From: Terriglobia bacterium
GTDB taxonomy: Bacteria; Acidobacteriota; Terriglobia; UBA7540
Reading direction: 5' to 3'
DNA length: 64,000 nt
Assembly: GCA_030040995.1 (NCBI GenBank)
Contig: JASHOS010000198.1
Coordinates: 838 to 64,837 of the forward strand
The notes below the pieces were generated by a model. It was given only the letters and a program-made list of their open reading frames with translations, had not been told where the DNA came from and did no database searches. Below are positions 37,660 to 46,106 of the stretch, one piece after another. A program made the position numbers and the translations under genes. How positions within the stretch are numbered: position 1 is the first letter of the stretch; every line of letters begins with the position of its first letter.

Positions 37660-38514
37660 CTAGTTGGCGTAGTCGTCGGCTTCAACTCTAACCAACCGCA
37701 AGTTCTGAGCCGAAACACCCTCTCCTGGCACAAAGAACAGGGTTCCGTGGGCGTGGAACAGTTCGTATACGAATCTAGTTTGATAGTGCCTCGGCCGCGC
37801 TTGAAATTGATAGTCGACGCATCCAATCAGCACAGGGACGATAAACCCGGTGCCAGGGTGATCGGGAGGGTAGGTCATACTCTCTGGATAAATGGGTTTC
37901 CCCACACCTTCGTAAATGGTGCCCGGCTCCTGAGGCAGGACGATCGTTCCACCGCTTTGGCGTTCCGTCACAGAATCGCAATACCTCTTCTCCTCCGCGG
38001 CCAGACTCTCGGAAGACCCATCGTGTGTATAGGGTGCTATGTACAGTTCAGGGAAAACCTGGACGTTCAGTGCCGGGGAGTGCCCAACATTGTGAATATG
38101 CACTTCGTAGTTAAAAAAGGCTTGGTATTTAGCACGATTGTGAAAGACGCGACTGACATCCTGAAAACTGAGAGCCATAATGCCGATCTTCCCACGGGGC
38201 CTAACATCTGTGACCTCGATCCAAGGCCTCGCGGTGAGTTCCAGTTGGCGCTCCGCGAGCTCGGTAGTTCGGTGCGCCTCTTTCAATTGCCCCTGAAAGA
38301 TCCATGCCGACCACAACGCCGCGCCGGCTATCACCAAGGTCAGAATAACGGTGGCTATTTCAGTCCATTTAGACTTATCTCGTGGAGTTTCCCGGTAGCG
38401 GCGCAACCAATCGCGGATAGTAGCCAGAATCTTGGATGGCGCTGGTACGCTATCTTTTGCGTCGGAGCTATTCTTTGGGTCGCTGGGGGCGTTATCGTGT
38501 GGCGCGGAGTTCAT
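37660..38514 (-). CDS. Hypothetical single-pass membrane protein
   Basis: 284 aa. N-terminal polar region, TM helix WTEIATVILTLVIAGAALWSAWIF, then a domain of about 210 aa. Protein-like composition, unlike the overlapping + strand ORF 37555..38910. No SD seen. Confidence 0.55.
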   Translation of the reverse strand: MNSAPHDNAPSDPKNSSDAKDSVPAPSKILATIRDWLRRYRETPRDKSKWTEIATVILTLVIAGAALWSAWIFQGQLKEAHRTTELAERQLELTARPWIEVTDVRPRGKIGIMALSFQDVSRVFHNRAKYQAFFNYEVHIHNVGHSPALNVQVFPELYIAPYTHDGSSESLAAEEKRYCDSVTERQSGGTIVLPQEPGTIYEGVGKPIYPESMTYPPDHPGTGFIVPVLIGCVDYQFQARPRHYQTRFVYELFHAHGTLFFVPGEGVSAQNLRLVRVEADDYAN

Positions 38515-38955
38515 ATCATGGACGAAATCTTAGGTGTTGGCGTACCCTGCGTAATCTTCGGCCTGGTCGTCATGACCGTCGGATTATGGATGCTTCATTG
38601 GACGTTTTTGAAGGCCAACCCCTTTCTCAACGCAGGAGATAGCGTAACACGCAGCAGATGTTTGGTAAGCTCCGCCCATTCTAACACACGTATCCACGCG
38701 AGGAAGCTGGGTCTTGCGGCAGGGGCTGCGGATCGAAGTGGGGGAGCTACATCATTTAGGGCTATGACAGAAGGGATCAAGCAAGGGTACGATAACGGTC
38801 GTTCGCTTCATGTTAGAGAAGCTGCGTGGTCTGGCGAACTGGCTACAGCCAACGGGCAAGACTTCTCAGAATGCATGCACGGTAATTCGAACTCCACAGG
38901 CTCGGGCTGAAAACTGAAATTTAGGAGTCTACGGCGATTTCCGGCGCGGGTAGGC

Positions 38956-40461
38956 TCAACCTGTCCACCGGATCTTCACCCGGTACATCAGAACCGTGCT
39001 GCCATTCGTGGGGACGGGGACGTGAAACCGCGCCGACGTGGAGCTTGTCTTCTTGTAGGGCAGGCTCGAGCTCAGGATTTGCCAGTCGCCATGAAAAGGC
39101 TCGTTCACGATCACCGCAATCGACTGGGATTGATGGTTCCGAATTGTGATTTCGTAGGCTGCTTCGGCCGTGTTCGGACCGGTTCGTCTGTAGTCGGTCT
39201 CCTTTCCCTTCTCGACCACGTCGAAGGCGTTTCCGAGGTCTAACCTCACGGTTTCACCCGGCGCGGTGTCGCCGAGCCTGTCCTCTCCGATAAGTTGAGC
39301 GTGGCCGGCCTGGTCGGGCTTATAAACTCGCACCACTCCCTCGGGCAGAGGCTCGCCGAGCAAGTTAGCCTTGGTATTATCGAATGTCAAGTAAAGCTCG
39401 ACAGGAGTATTCAGCAGCTCGCTCGGTTCAACACCTTGGCTGTAATACGCCTGGCCGGTCACAACGTAGCTTCTGCTGATCCGCACCCCGGATGATGCAA
39501 AAAGATTCACCTGGTTTGTCGAGTCATTCTGTAGGTCTATAGGGTGCGGGAAAGTATAAAGGTGATATCCGTAAAACGGGACCTGCTGCGGCGGCGATGG
39601 GGCGCTGATAAGCGGTTGCTTGGTGAGACTTCCCAGGCTCCCGCCGATCACACCACCTCCAAACCCCGCTCCGTAACCCATGCCTTCGCTGACCCGTCGG
39701 ACTTCGCCGGCCACAAGCTGAAGCTCGGCTCGATCGTAATCTGCGCCCGTCTGGTTGTCGATTGTGGCGCGGGCGGAGAGATCGGCCGTTTTCCAATCGG
39801 ACATTACTTGGATCACATAGTTTGCGTCCCAGGAGAGATTATTAGCCAGGTAAGAGACCCGAATGCTCTGCCGGCCCGCGTGGTGGTTTCCGAGAGACAG
39901 AACGAGCGACGGGCTTGCGGTGAGGCCGGGCGGGATCGAGGGAAAGATGTAGTGGTCCACCCTCAGTCCCGTCTCGATTTTTCCGCCGATCCGCCAGACG
40001 GGTTGGGGATTGGCGGCGAGCAACGTGGCTTCAACGTGCTGTTCGACGTCCGAACCTTCCTTTTGGCACCTCAGAACTAGGGTGACCGGCTGTCCGACGT
40101 AGGCCTGAAGCAGGCGCTCGGGATTCAACAGGTCATAAGCGTAGGTTTGCGCAAGAACGGCCAGACCGTCCGGCGCCGTTATCGGCTCCACCTGCACCGA
40201 GTCCGGCAGCAATTGGCGCGCGACGCCGGAAAATTGCAAATCCACCGGGCCTTCCGGCAACTCCACGTCGCGCGTATCGCGCACTACAGCGGCGCCCTCC
40301 CGGTAAACAGTAATCGAAAGTTCTTTCCGGTCCTTTGGGGTTGTAATTTCAGGAGGCGGCGTAGCCTGCATCGCCGGGGCGAAGCACTCTGCAGCCAGAA
40401 TTAGACCTACGAGAACGATGAGGCTCTCGCGGCGCCCCCGCAAAGCACTCGCGATTTGCAT
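38956..40461 (-). CDS. DUF4139-family secreted protein
   Basis: 501 aa. Signal peptide, then an architecture resembling DUF4140/DUF4139 proteins (SITVYREGAAVVRDTRDVELPEGPVDLQFSGV...). Confidence 0.65.
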   Translation of the reverse strand: MQIASALRGRRESLIVLVGLILAAECFAPAMQATPPPEITTPKDRKELSITVYREGAAVVRDTRDVELPEGPVDLQFSGVARQLLPDSVQVEPITAPDGLAVLAQTYAYDLLNPERLLQAYVGQPVTLVLRCQKEGSDVEQHVEATLLAANPQPVWRIGGKIETGLRVDHYIFPSIPPGLTASPSLVLSLGNHHAGRQSIRVSYLANNLSWDANYVIQVMSDWKTADLSARATIDNQTGADYDRAELQLVAGEVRRVSEGMGYGAGFGGGVIGGSLGSLTKQPLISAPSPPQQVPFYGYHLYTFPHPIDLQNDSTNQVNLFASSGVRISRSYVVTGQAYYSQGVEPSELLNTPVELYLTFDNTKANLLGEPLPEGVVRVYKPDQAGHAQLIGEDRLGDTAPGETVRLDLGNAFDVVEKGKETDYRRTGPNTAEAAYEITIRNHQSQSIAVIVNEPFHGDWQILSSSLPYKKTSSTSARFHVPVPTNGSTVLMYRVKIRWTG

Positions 40462-40471
40462 CGTTCCCTCC

Positions 40472-41680
40472 CTACAGCGCCTTGAATTGTTTGCTCAGGG
40501 CCAGTCCTTGTTGTTGATAGGACGATCCGATGGAGGGGCCGTAGATCTTGCTAGGCGCGGCCATAAGCTCACTATAGACGAGGCGTCCTACCTTTTGACC
40601 GTCTTCCATAAAGATGGGCGCCTCATGAGCTCTCACCTCAAGCACGGCCTTAGTGCCCCGAATGTCGCTGCTTCCATAACCAAACCCGGGGTCAAAGAAG
40701 CCCGCGTAGTGAATGCGGAACTCACCCACTGCGGGGTCAAATGGCACCATCTCGGCCGCGACGGAAGGTGGCACCCGTATTTTCTCCTTGGACGTAAGAA
40801 GGTAGAAATCGCCCGGGTCGAGAACCATTCCCCGATCCGGCCTGCTGCGAATGGGCTCCCAGAATTCGTCCGGCTCATAGAACCCGACTTTGCCCAAATG
40901 AATGACAGGAGCATTTTTCCTTGCCTTTAGAGCGACAACCTCATTTTCGCGCTCGCCGCGCAAGTCCAACGTGATCCAGAGGCCTTGCTGGATGTTCGCG
41001 CGGGCGGCTGTATCTTCGTCCTTGTAAACCAAACCTTCCTGGCGGTTCAAGCTGGTTAGCATCTTGTCGCTCATGCGCTCTCGTTTGCGAATGAACCGAA
41101 GCTGGTTCAGTCTCATTCCCTCTTTGACGGCCACCGGAAAAGTTCGAGAGACGATCTCGGCATACAGCCTGCCTTTATAACCACGCGGCACGCGCTCGAA
41201 TTCTTCCCCCCCATCGGTAAGCAGACGGGTAAAGATATCCAACCGGCCGGTGGTGCTCTTGGGATTTGCCTTCGCGGCTACGCCGCTCGGGAGTGCGAGC
41301 TCTTCCATAAGCGGTACGACGTAGACGCATCCGGTCTCAAAAACGGTTTCACGCATCAAGCTGGCTTCGGTGAGCGCAAGGCTTCGAATTTTGGCTTCAA
41401 CCGTAGAGTTCTTGCCAGGAAGGAAGCTCGCGCGAACCCGATACGCAACGGGCCCCAGGCGAAGGTCGATGCTCGCAGGCTGGATCTGGGCGTCCTCCAC
41501 AGGCTGGATCGCGATGATCTGGCCGGCGTCAATCAATTCACGGATGGATTGGGACGGCAAGATACCCGTCCGCCTTCCGGGATCTTGAGATCCTGCGGTA
41601 GCACCCATTTCGCCTGAAGTTGATGGTATGCTCTCTGTGTTCATCTGTAAGCTTTCGTCCGGCTCGTCCCTAAGAGCCAT
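40472..41680 (-). CDS. 2-prime-deoxycytidine 5-prime-triphosphate deaminase (long DCD family)
   Basis: 402 aa. GILPSQSIRELIDAGQI... and duplicated dUTPase-like fold blocks. The true start may be an internal Met (M13 or M25). Confidence 0.8.
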   Translation of the reverse strand: MALRDEPDESLQMNTESIPSTSGEMGATAGSQDPGRRTGILPSQSIRELIDAGQIIAIQPVEDAQIQPASIDLRLGPVAYRVRASFLPGKNSTVEAKIRSLALTEASLMRETVFETGCVYVVPLMEELALPSGVAAKANPKSTTGRLDIFTRLLTDGGEEFERVPRGYKGRLYAEIVSRTFPVAVKEGMRLNQLRFIRKRERMSDKMLTSLNRQEGLVYKDEDTAARANIQQGLWITLDLRGERENEVVALKARKNAPVIHLGKVGFYEPDEFWEPIRSRPDRGMVLDPGDFYLLTSKEKIRVPPSVAAEMVPFDPAVGEFRIHYAGFFDPGFGYGSSDIRGTKAVLEVRAHEAPIFMEDGQKVGRLVYSELMAAPSKIYGPSIGSSYQQQGLALSKQFKAL

Positions 41681-41688
41681 CAGTTATT

Positions 41689-41723
41689 AGCTGTCAGCTG
41701 TCAGCTGTCAGCATTCAGCTTTC
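41689..41723. repeat. Tandem heptanucleotide array (AGCTGTC)x3 plus two degenerate units
   Basis: agctgtc agctgtc agctgtc agcattc agctttc, 8 nt upstream of the annotated dCTP deaminase ATG. Confidence 0.7.
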
Positions 41724-41908
41724 ATCGATCTGTTAATCCGTCTTTCACCCGGTCGCGTCGCGCAAGCCAAAATGTAACCCGTGGAGGTATCTTCGCGCAA
41801 TCCTGGACTGTAAGCGGGAGAGGGAGGAAGATTTTCCGTTATCGACGGATTGGAGTTCGTCAGGTCCCGTTGTGCCACTTAGGTACCGCAGTGTACCATG
41901 ATTCGAGT

Positions 41909-43651
41909 ATGACTCCCGCTTCCTCCGAGGCAGCTCCCCAAACGACACCGCTCTTTCTGGATTACATTCACCATTTTGATCGCGTGCGGAGATTCTACGG
42001 GAACTCGCCGTTCGAATTTGAGAGCTATCGGGACGTGGCTCACCGTATCGAGGACCATTGGAGAGATCGGGACGCGCTGGTAGAAATCTTAACGCAGCAG
42101 AATCAATCGCTAGGATGCGGTGACGAAACGTTTGCAGGCATCCGGCGCCTCGCCGGTCCCTCGAGCTTTGCCGTCGTGACCGGCCAGCAAGTAGGACTGT
42201 TTTCCGGGCCTGCCTTCACGCTCTATAAGGCTCTAACGGCGGTGCGCCTTGCGCGATCGTTAACCGAACAGGGCCTTCAATGTGTACCGGTATTTTGGCT
42301 GGCGACAGAAGATCACGATCTGGATGAAGTCTCGAAGACAGCGGTGTGGGACGAAGCTGGCAACATCGTGGCCCTTTCTGATTCCGGAGTACGCGATGCG
42401 CCGCAATCCTCCGTCGGCAACGTCAGACTATCACCCGAAGTGAGCCGAACGGTCGATCGTCTCGAAGAAATTCTTCCTGCTGGCGAGCCGTGCGCTGCTC
42501 TGATTCACGACCTGCGGCAATGTTATGCGCCCGGCATCACTTGGGGAACAGCGTTCGGCCGCCTCATGGCGAAGCTGTTCACCCGCCTGGGGGTGGTTCT
42601 GATCGACCCGATGGACGAGCGCCTGCATCATCTGGCGCGACCCGCCTTCGAGCACGCTCTTCGGGCCAGCGGAAGTTTACGGGAGCTGCTTCAGAAGCGA
42701 TCGCAACAGCTCATCAACTCCGGCTATCATGCCCAGGTCCATATCGGTGATGACTCCTCGCTTCTTTTTGCGGCCCCGGATGGCAACCGGATGGCCGTGC
42801 ACCAACGCAATGGGCGATTTTATCTCGGCCGCTCTCGCGCCGAGCCTGCGGACGCAATGGAGAATTGGATTGCTGCCCGCCCCCAGGACTTCTCACCCAG
42901 CGCCCTGCTCCGTCCCGTCATTCAGGACACCTTGCTGCCCACCGTAGCCTACGTGGCGGGCGCAGCGGAAGTCGCCTACTTCGGCCAAGCCCACGTTCTC
43001 TATCCCGAGTTTGGGCGCCCGATGCCTGTTTTATTTCCCCGCGCTGGGTTCACGCTGGCAGACCACCGGCTTGCCCGCCTTTTGGAGAAGTACCACTTAA
43101 GGCTCGAGGACGTTTGGAAGGGAGCAGAACATTTGCGCAGGCGAATCGCTGCTGCCGGCGTATCGGGTGGCGCCGAATTGGACCATGCAAAGCCCGAGCA
43201 GGAAGCAATGGAACAGCACTCAGCGCCTGAAAATCCGGACCGGCCCGAATCAACCGGAGCCGGCGAGAAAAATCATCCCCGCGGCGGCATGAATTGGGCG
43301 GGGCGGCTTGCCGCTGCTGAAGAGGCAGTGCACAGCCTGCTCGCAGACCTGCGCCAGGACATCGCTCAAGTCGATCCGACGCTCATCGATGCCATCCGCA
43401 ACAGCGAGGAAAAAATGGTCTACCAGCTCGATCGGCTGAAGGGAAAGATCAGCCGCGCAGCAGTCCAGCACTCGGAGCTGCTCGCGCGCCACGAACAAGA
43501 CTTGCTCGGCTTTTTAACGCCCGCCGGGAACCTTCAGGAGCGGGAGATTAGTGGAATCTACTTTCTTGCCCAGGCGGGTTACGGCCTGCTCGATCGTCTG
43601 CTCAATGAGATCCCAGCGAATCCTGCCGGGCACCATTTCTTTGTGTACTGA
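41909..43651 (+). CDS. bshC: Bacillithiol biosynthesis cysteine-adding enzyme
   Basis: ATG at 41909 in track ORF 41870..43651. VVTGQQVGLFSGPAFTLYKALTAVRLA and PVFWLATEDHD motifs. Confidence 0.85.
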   Translation: MTPASSEAAPQTTPLFLDYIHHFDRVRRFYGNSPFEFESYRDVAHRIEDHWRDRDALVEILTQQNQSLGCGDETFAGIRRLAGPSSFAVVTGQQVGLFSGPAFTLYKALTAVRLARSLTEQGLQCVPVFWLATEDHDLDEVSKTAVWDEAGNIVALSDSGVRDAPQSSVGNVRLSPEVSRTVDRLEEILPAGEPCAALIHDLRQCYAPGITWGTAFGRLMAKLFTRLGVVLIDPMDERLHHLARPAFEHALRASGSLRELLQKRSQQLINSGYHAQVHIGDDSSLLFAAPDGNRMAVHQRNGRFYLGRSRAEPADAMENWIAARPQDFSPSALLRPVIQDTLLPTVAYVAGAAEVAYFGQAHVLYPEFGRPMPVLFPRAGFTLADHRLARLLEKYHLRLEDVWKGAEHLRRRIAAAGVSGGAELDHAKPEQEAMEQHSAPENPDRPESTGAGEKNHPRGGMNWAGRLAAAEEAVHSLLADLRQDIAQVDPTLIDAIRNSEEKMVYQLDRLKGKISRAAVQHSELLARHEQDLLGFLTPAGNLQEREISGIYFLAQAGYGLLDRLLNEIPANPAGHHFFVY

Positions 43652-43682
43652 CTAACCCCAGGGGTCTGCCTTTGATGTCCCT

Positions 43683-43735
43683 GTAGAGGCGGCTTTATGC
43701 CGCCACTGCGCATGGCGGGATAAACCCGCCGCTAC
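43683..43735. repeat. REPIN-like doublet, family B
   Basis: GTAGAGGCGGCtttatGCCGCC...GGCGGGataaaCCCGCCGCTAC. Confidence 0.8.
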
Positions 43736-43789
43736 AGCGAGAACAAGATTCTCGTTTCTGCTCCGATCTGCTCCGATAATGGTTTAGCC

Positions 43790-44719
43790 TCAGTGGACGT
43801 GCGGAGAATTATCGAGCTGTTGAAGCATCGCCGTCACCACCCGGCCAACGATTTCGAGGCTTTGGGGGCTGCACTTGTCGATCATGTCCTGCGCGGTATG
43901 CCAGTAGGGTTCGTAATCAAGATCGATAATGTCTACGGCAGAAACGCCTGCTGCCACAAACGGGTTGTGGTCGTCTCCGATCGCGGTGGGCTGATTTTTC
44001 AAGAAGTAACGCGAATAGCCGAGACGGTTAGCTGTTTGGAAGAGCAGCTTGTTGAGCCATCCGGTGGAATTTTCATCGGGCCGGATCTCCAAATTCTTGT
44101 AGCCAATCATGTCCACCAGAATCATCGCCTGAACCCGGTCCAAGTCACCGTCGGCGGCGAGCTCGCTGGCCAGGTGCCTGCTGCCGTAAGTACCGTCCGT
44201 TGAAGTCATCTCGTTGGTCTGCCGGATCGCTTCTTCGCCGTCAAAAAAAACCAGCCAATAAGTGTACTTGTGCCGGTGGTGGCCAAGAACGCGCGCCATC
44301 TCTGTCAGGAAGGCTGTACTCGACCCGCCGTCGTTCGCACCCACAAACCGGAAATCGCTAAAGAGTTTGGTATCGTAATGGCCCGCGAGGAGGATGACGT
44401 CCGGGCTCGATCCCGGAATCTTGCCAATAATATTCGTCATCTTGATATTTCCGTCCGGGGTGTTCGCTACAAACGAGTCTCGCTCCACCTGGCAGCCGGC
44501 CTCCTCCAATTGCTGGATGATCCAGCGGCGGCAGGCTCGAAGCGCGGCAGAGCCCGGAGGACGGGGGCCGAAAGCCACAACGTGCCGGAGATCCGCAAAG
44601 GCCCGCACGCCACTAAATTCGGCCGCTGCCTGCGCTAACAGGCGCGATCCTGCCAGTGCCGCGAGCAACAGAGCCGCGGCGAGACCTAGAACGACCGCTT
44701 GTTTCCTTTCTGGGGTCAT
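43790..44719 (-). CDS. M28-family zinc peptidase
   Basis: Start at M26 (44719), 20 nt after the tatC stop. Signal peptide. HYDT..., NDGGSSTA, FFDGEE motifs. Confidence 0.85.
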   Translation of the reverse strand: MTPERKQAVVLGLAAALLLAALAGSRLLAQAAAEFSGVRAFADLRHVVAFGPRPPGSAALRACRRWIIQQLEEAGCQVERDSFVANTPDGNIKMTNIIGKIPGSSPDVILLAGHYDTKLFSDFRFVGANDGGSSTAFLTEMARVLGHHRHKYTYWLVFFDGEEAIRQTNEMTSTDGTYGSRHLASELAADGDLDRVQAMILVDMIGYKNLEIRPDENSTGWLNKLLFQTANRLGYSRYFLKNQPTAIGDDHNPFVAAGVSAVDIIDLDYEPYWHTAQDMIDKCSPQSLEIVGRVVTAMLQQLDNSPHVH

Positions 44720-44738
44720 CGGTCGAGTGGGCCGCGCG

Positions 44739-45548
44739 TCAGGCCTGCTGCGCTCTCCTTCTTCGCCTGATCGTGACAAGCCAGGAGAGACCAATACTCA
44801 ATATGTAAAGCCCCACGAGAGGTATCCACACGATGAAGATGGAAGCTAAATCGTTGGAAGGAAGAATCGCTGCGGCCAGAACGGCAGTAATCAGGATGGC
44901 ATAGCGGAGGTTCTTCCATAAGAATTTGGGCGTGATGATACCGAACAGGGACAGCAGCATGATCGCCACCGGGAGCTCGAAAACCAGCCCGACGGCAACA
45001 ATTACTTTGAGCGCGAGACCGCAATACTCATCGATAGTCACCGCGGGCTGAAATTGGTGAGCGAAGTTGAGCAGGAACGCCAGCGCAGCAGGAAAGGCGA
45101 AGCGGTAAGCAAAGGCACCTCCTGCGACGAAGAGGCTACTCGTGAGCAGAACGAAGGGCCACACGTAACGCTTTTCGTGCTTATAGAGGCCAGGGGAAAT
45201 GAACAGCCAGATTTGCCAGAGAACATAAGGACAGGCCAGGAACAATCCGCACACAATGGACATTTTGATGAACAGGTTGAAAGGATCAACCGGATTCAAA
45301 AAAATCAGTTTAGGCGGATAGTGAAGAGCACGCAGTTCATTGGTCAGCGGACGAGCGAGAAACCCATATATTTGATTTCTGAAGTAGAATGAAGCCCCGC
45401 CGGCGATGCACACGGAAAGCACGCACCGGATGAGGCGCTGGCGAAGTTCCTCGAGGTGCTCGAGGAACGACATCTGCTTGCCGCCGAGTTCTTCCTCAGG
45501 GTCCCGTCTAGGATTGGTCGTGGGCGGGTTCCGGACTATCGTGGCCAT
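44739..45548 (-). CDS. tatC: Twin-arginine translocase subunit TatC
   Basis: MSFLEHLEELRQRLIR... and six TM segments. The start is ambiguous (45548 or 45473). Confidence 0.9.
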   Translation of the reverse strand: MATIVRNPPTTNPRRDPEEELGGKQMSFLEHLEELRQRLIRCVLSVCIAGGASFYFRNQIYGFLARPLTNELRALHYPPKLIFLNPVDPFNLFIKMSIVCGLFLACPYVLWQIWLFISPGLYKHEKRYVWPFVLLTSSLFVAGGAFAYRFAFPAALAFLLNFAHQFQPAVTIDEYCGLALKVIVAVGLVFELPVAIMLLSLFGIITPKFLWKNLRYAILITAVLAAAILPSNDLASIFIVWIPLVGLYILSIGLSWLVTIRRRRRAQQA

Positions 45549-45828
45549 AAGCGGGGCTAGACTCAGCCTCAGCCTCAACGTCAATGGCGTCGTAGCGGCC
45601 AACATCGAGGGCGTTGGTAAAATCCTCGGTCAAATGACGCTGATCGAGTTCAAGGTTGCGGAGCTCCTCTTCCAAAGAGAACCGCATCTCATCCCGGGCG
45701 CGGCGCAATTCCGCCATTCCTTTGCCCAGGACTCGCGCGATCTCCGGGAGCTTCTGAGGCCCAAAGATGAGAAAGGCCAGAAACAGAATGAATCCGATAT
45801 CTTCGAATCCGCTGCCGAACACCCTCAC
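45508..45828 (-). CDS. tatA: Twin-arginine translocase TatA/B/E-family protein
   Basis: GFILFLAFLIFGPQKLPEIARVLGKGMAELRRA. Confidence 0.85.
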   Translation of the reverse strand: MRVFGSGFEDIGFILFLAFLIFGPQKLPEIARVLGKGMAELRRARDEMRFSLEEELRNLELDQRHLTEDFTNALDVGRYDAIDVEAEAESSPAYGHDSPEPAHDQS

Positions 45829-45879
45829 CTCGTCTTCTTTGAATCTTAGGCGGTCACCTAGGGCTTGTCAAGGAAAGGC

Positions 45880-46060
45880 TCCGCGGCCCCAGGGTTACGT
45901 CAAAGTTAAGCTTATTGCGGTTTGGGGCGCGTTTTTGTAGCGCAGGGCTGGCTTTTTAGCCCCGCGGCCTGTCATTTGTACGAAAAGGTGCAGCGTTACA
46001 AGACGAACGCTGCGCTATAACCACCCTTATCCGGACTTTGACGTGACCGTGTTCGCGGCC
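45880..46060. mobile_element. MITE-like element, family F copy 1
   Basis: Termini ggttACGTCAAAGTtaagc / ccggACTTTGACGTgacc (10-bp perfect inverted core). Internal ttGTAGCGCAG...CTGCGCTAtaa. Confidence 0.6.
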
Positions 46061-46106
46061 CGAATCCGGATTCGCCCACAAGGCCGGCAGCGTAGGAGTG
46101 TACTTG

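Noticed and set aside
37555-38910. A 451-aa plus-strand ORF, the longest ORF in the island.
   Set aside because: Its composition is Arg/Gly/Val-rich with no domain pattern. It overlaps a more protein-like minus-strand ORF that has a clear TM helix. It is kept only as an open question in the findings.
40472-41680. The dCTP deaminase as a nucleotide-depletion anti-phage defence gene.
   Set aside because: The sequence looks like the long housekeeping DCD family. It has no extra sensor or kinase-like domain, and its neighbours (bshC, a DUF4139 gene) are not defence-like.
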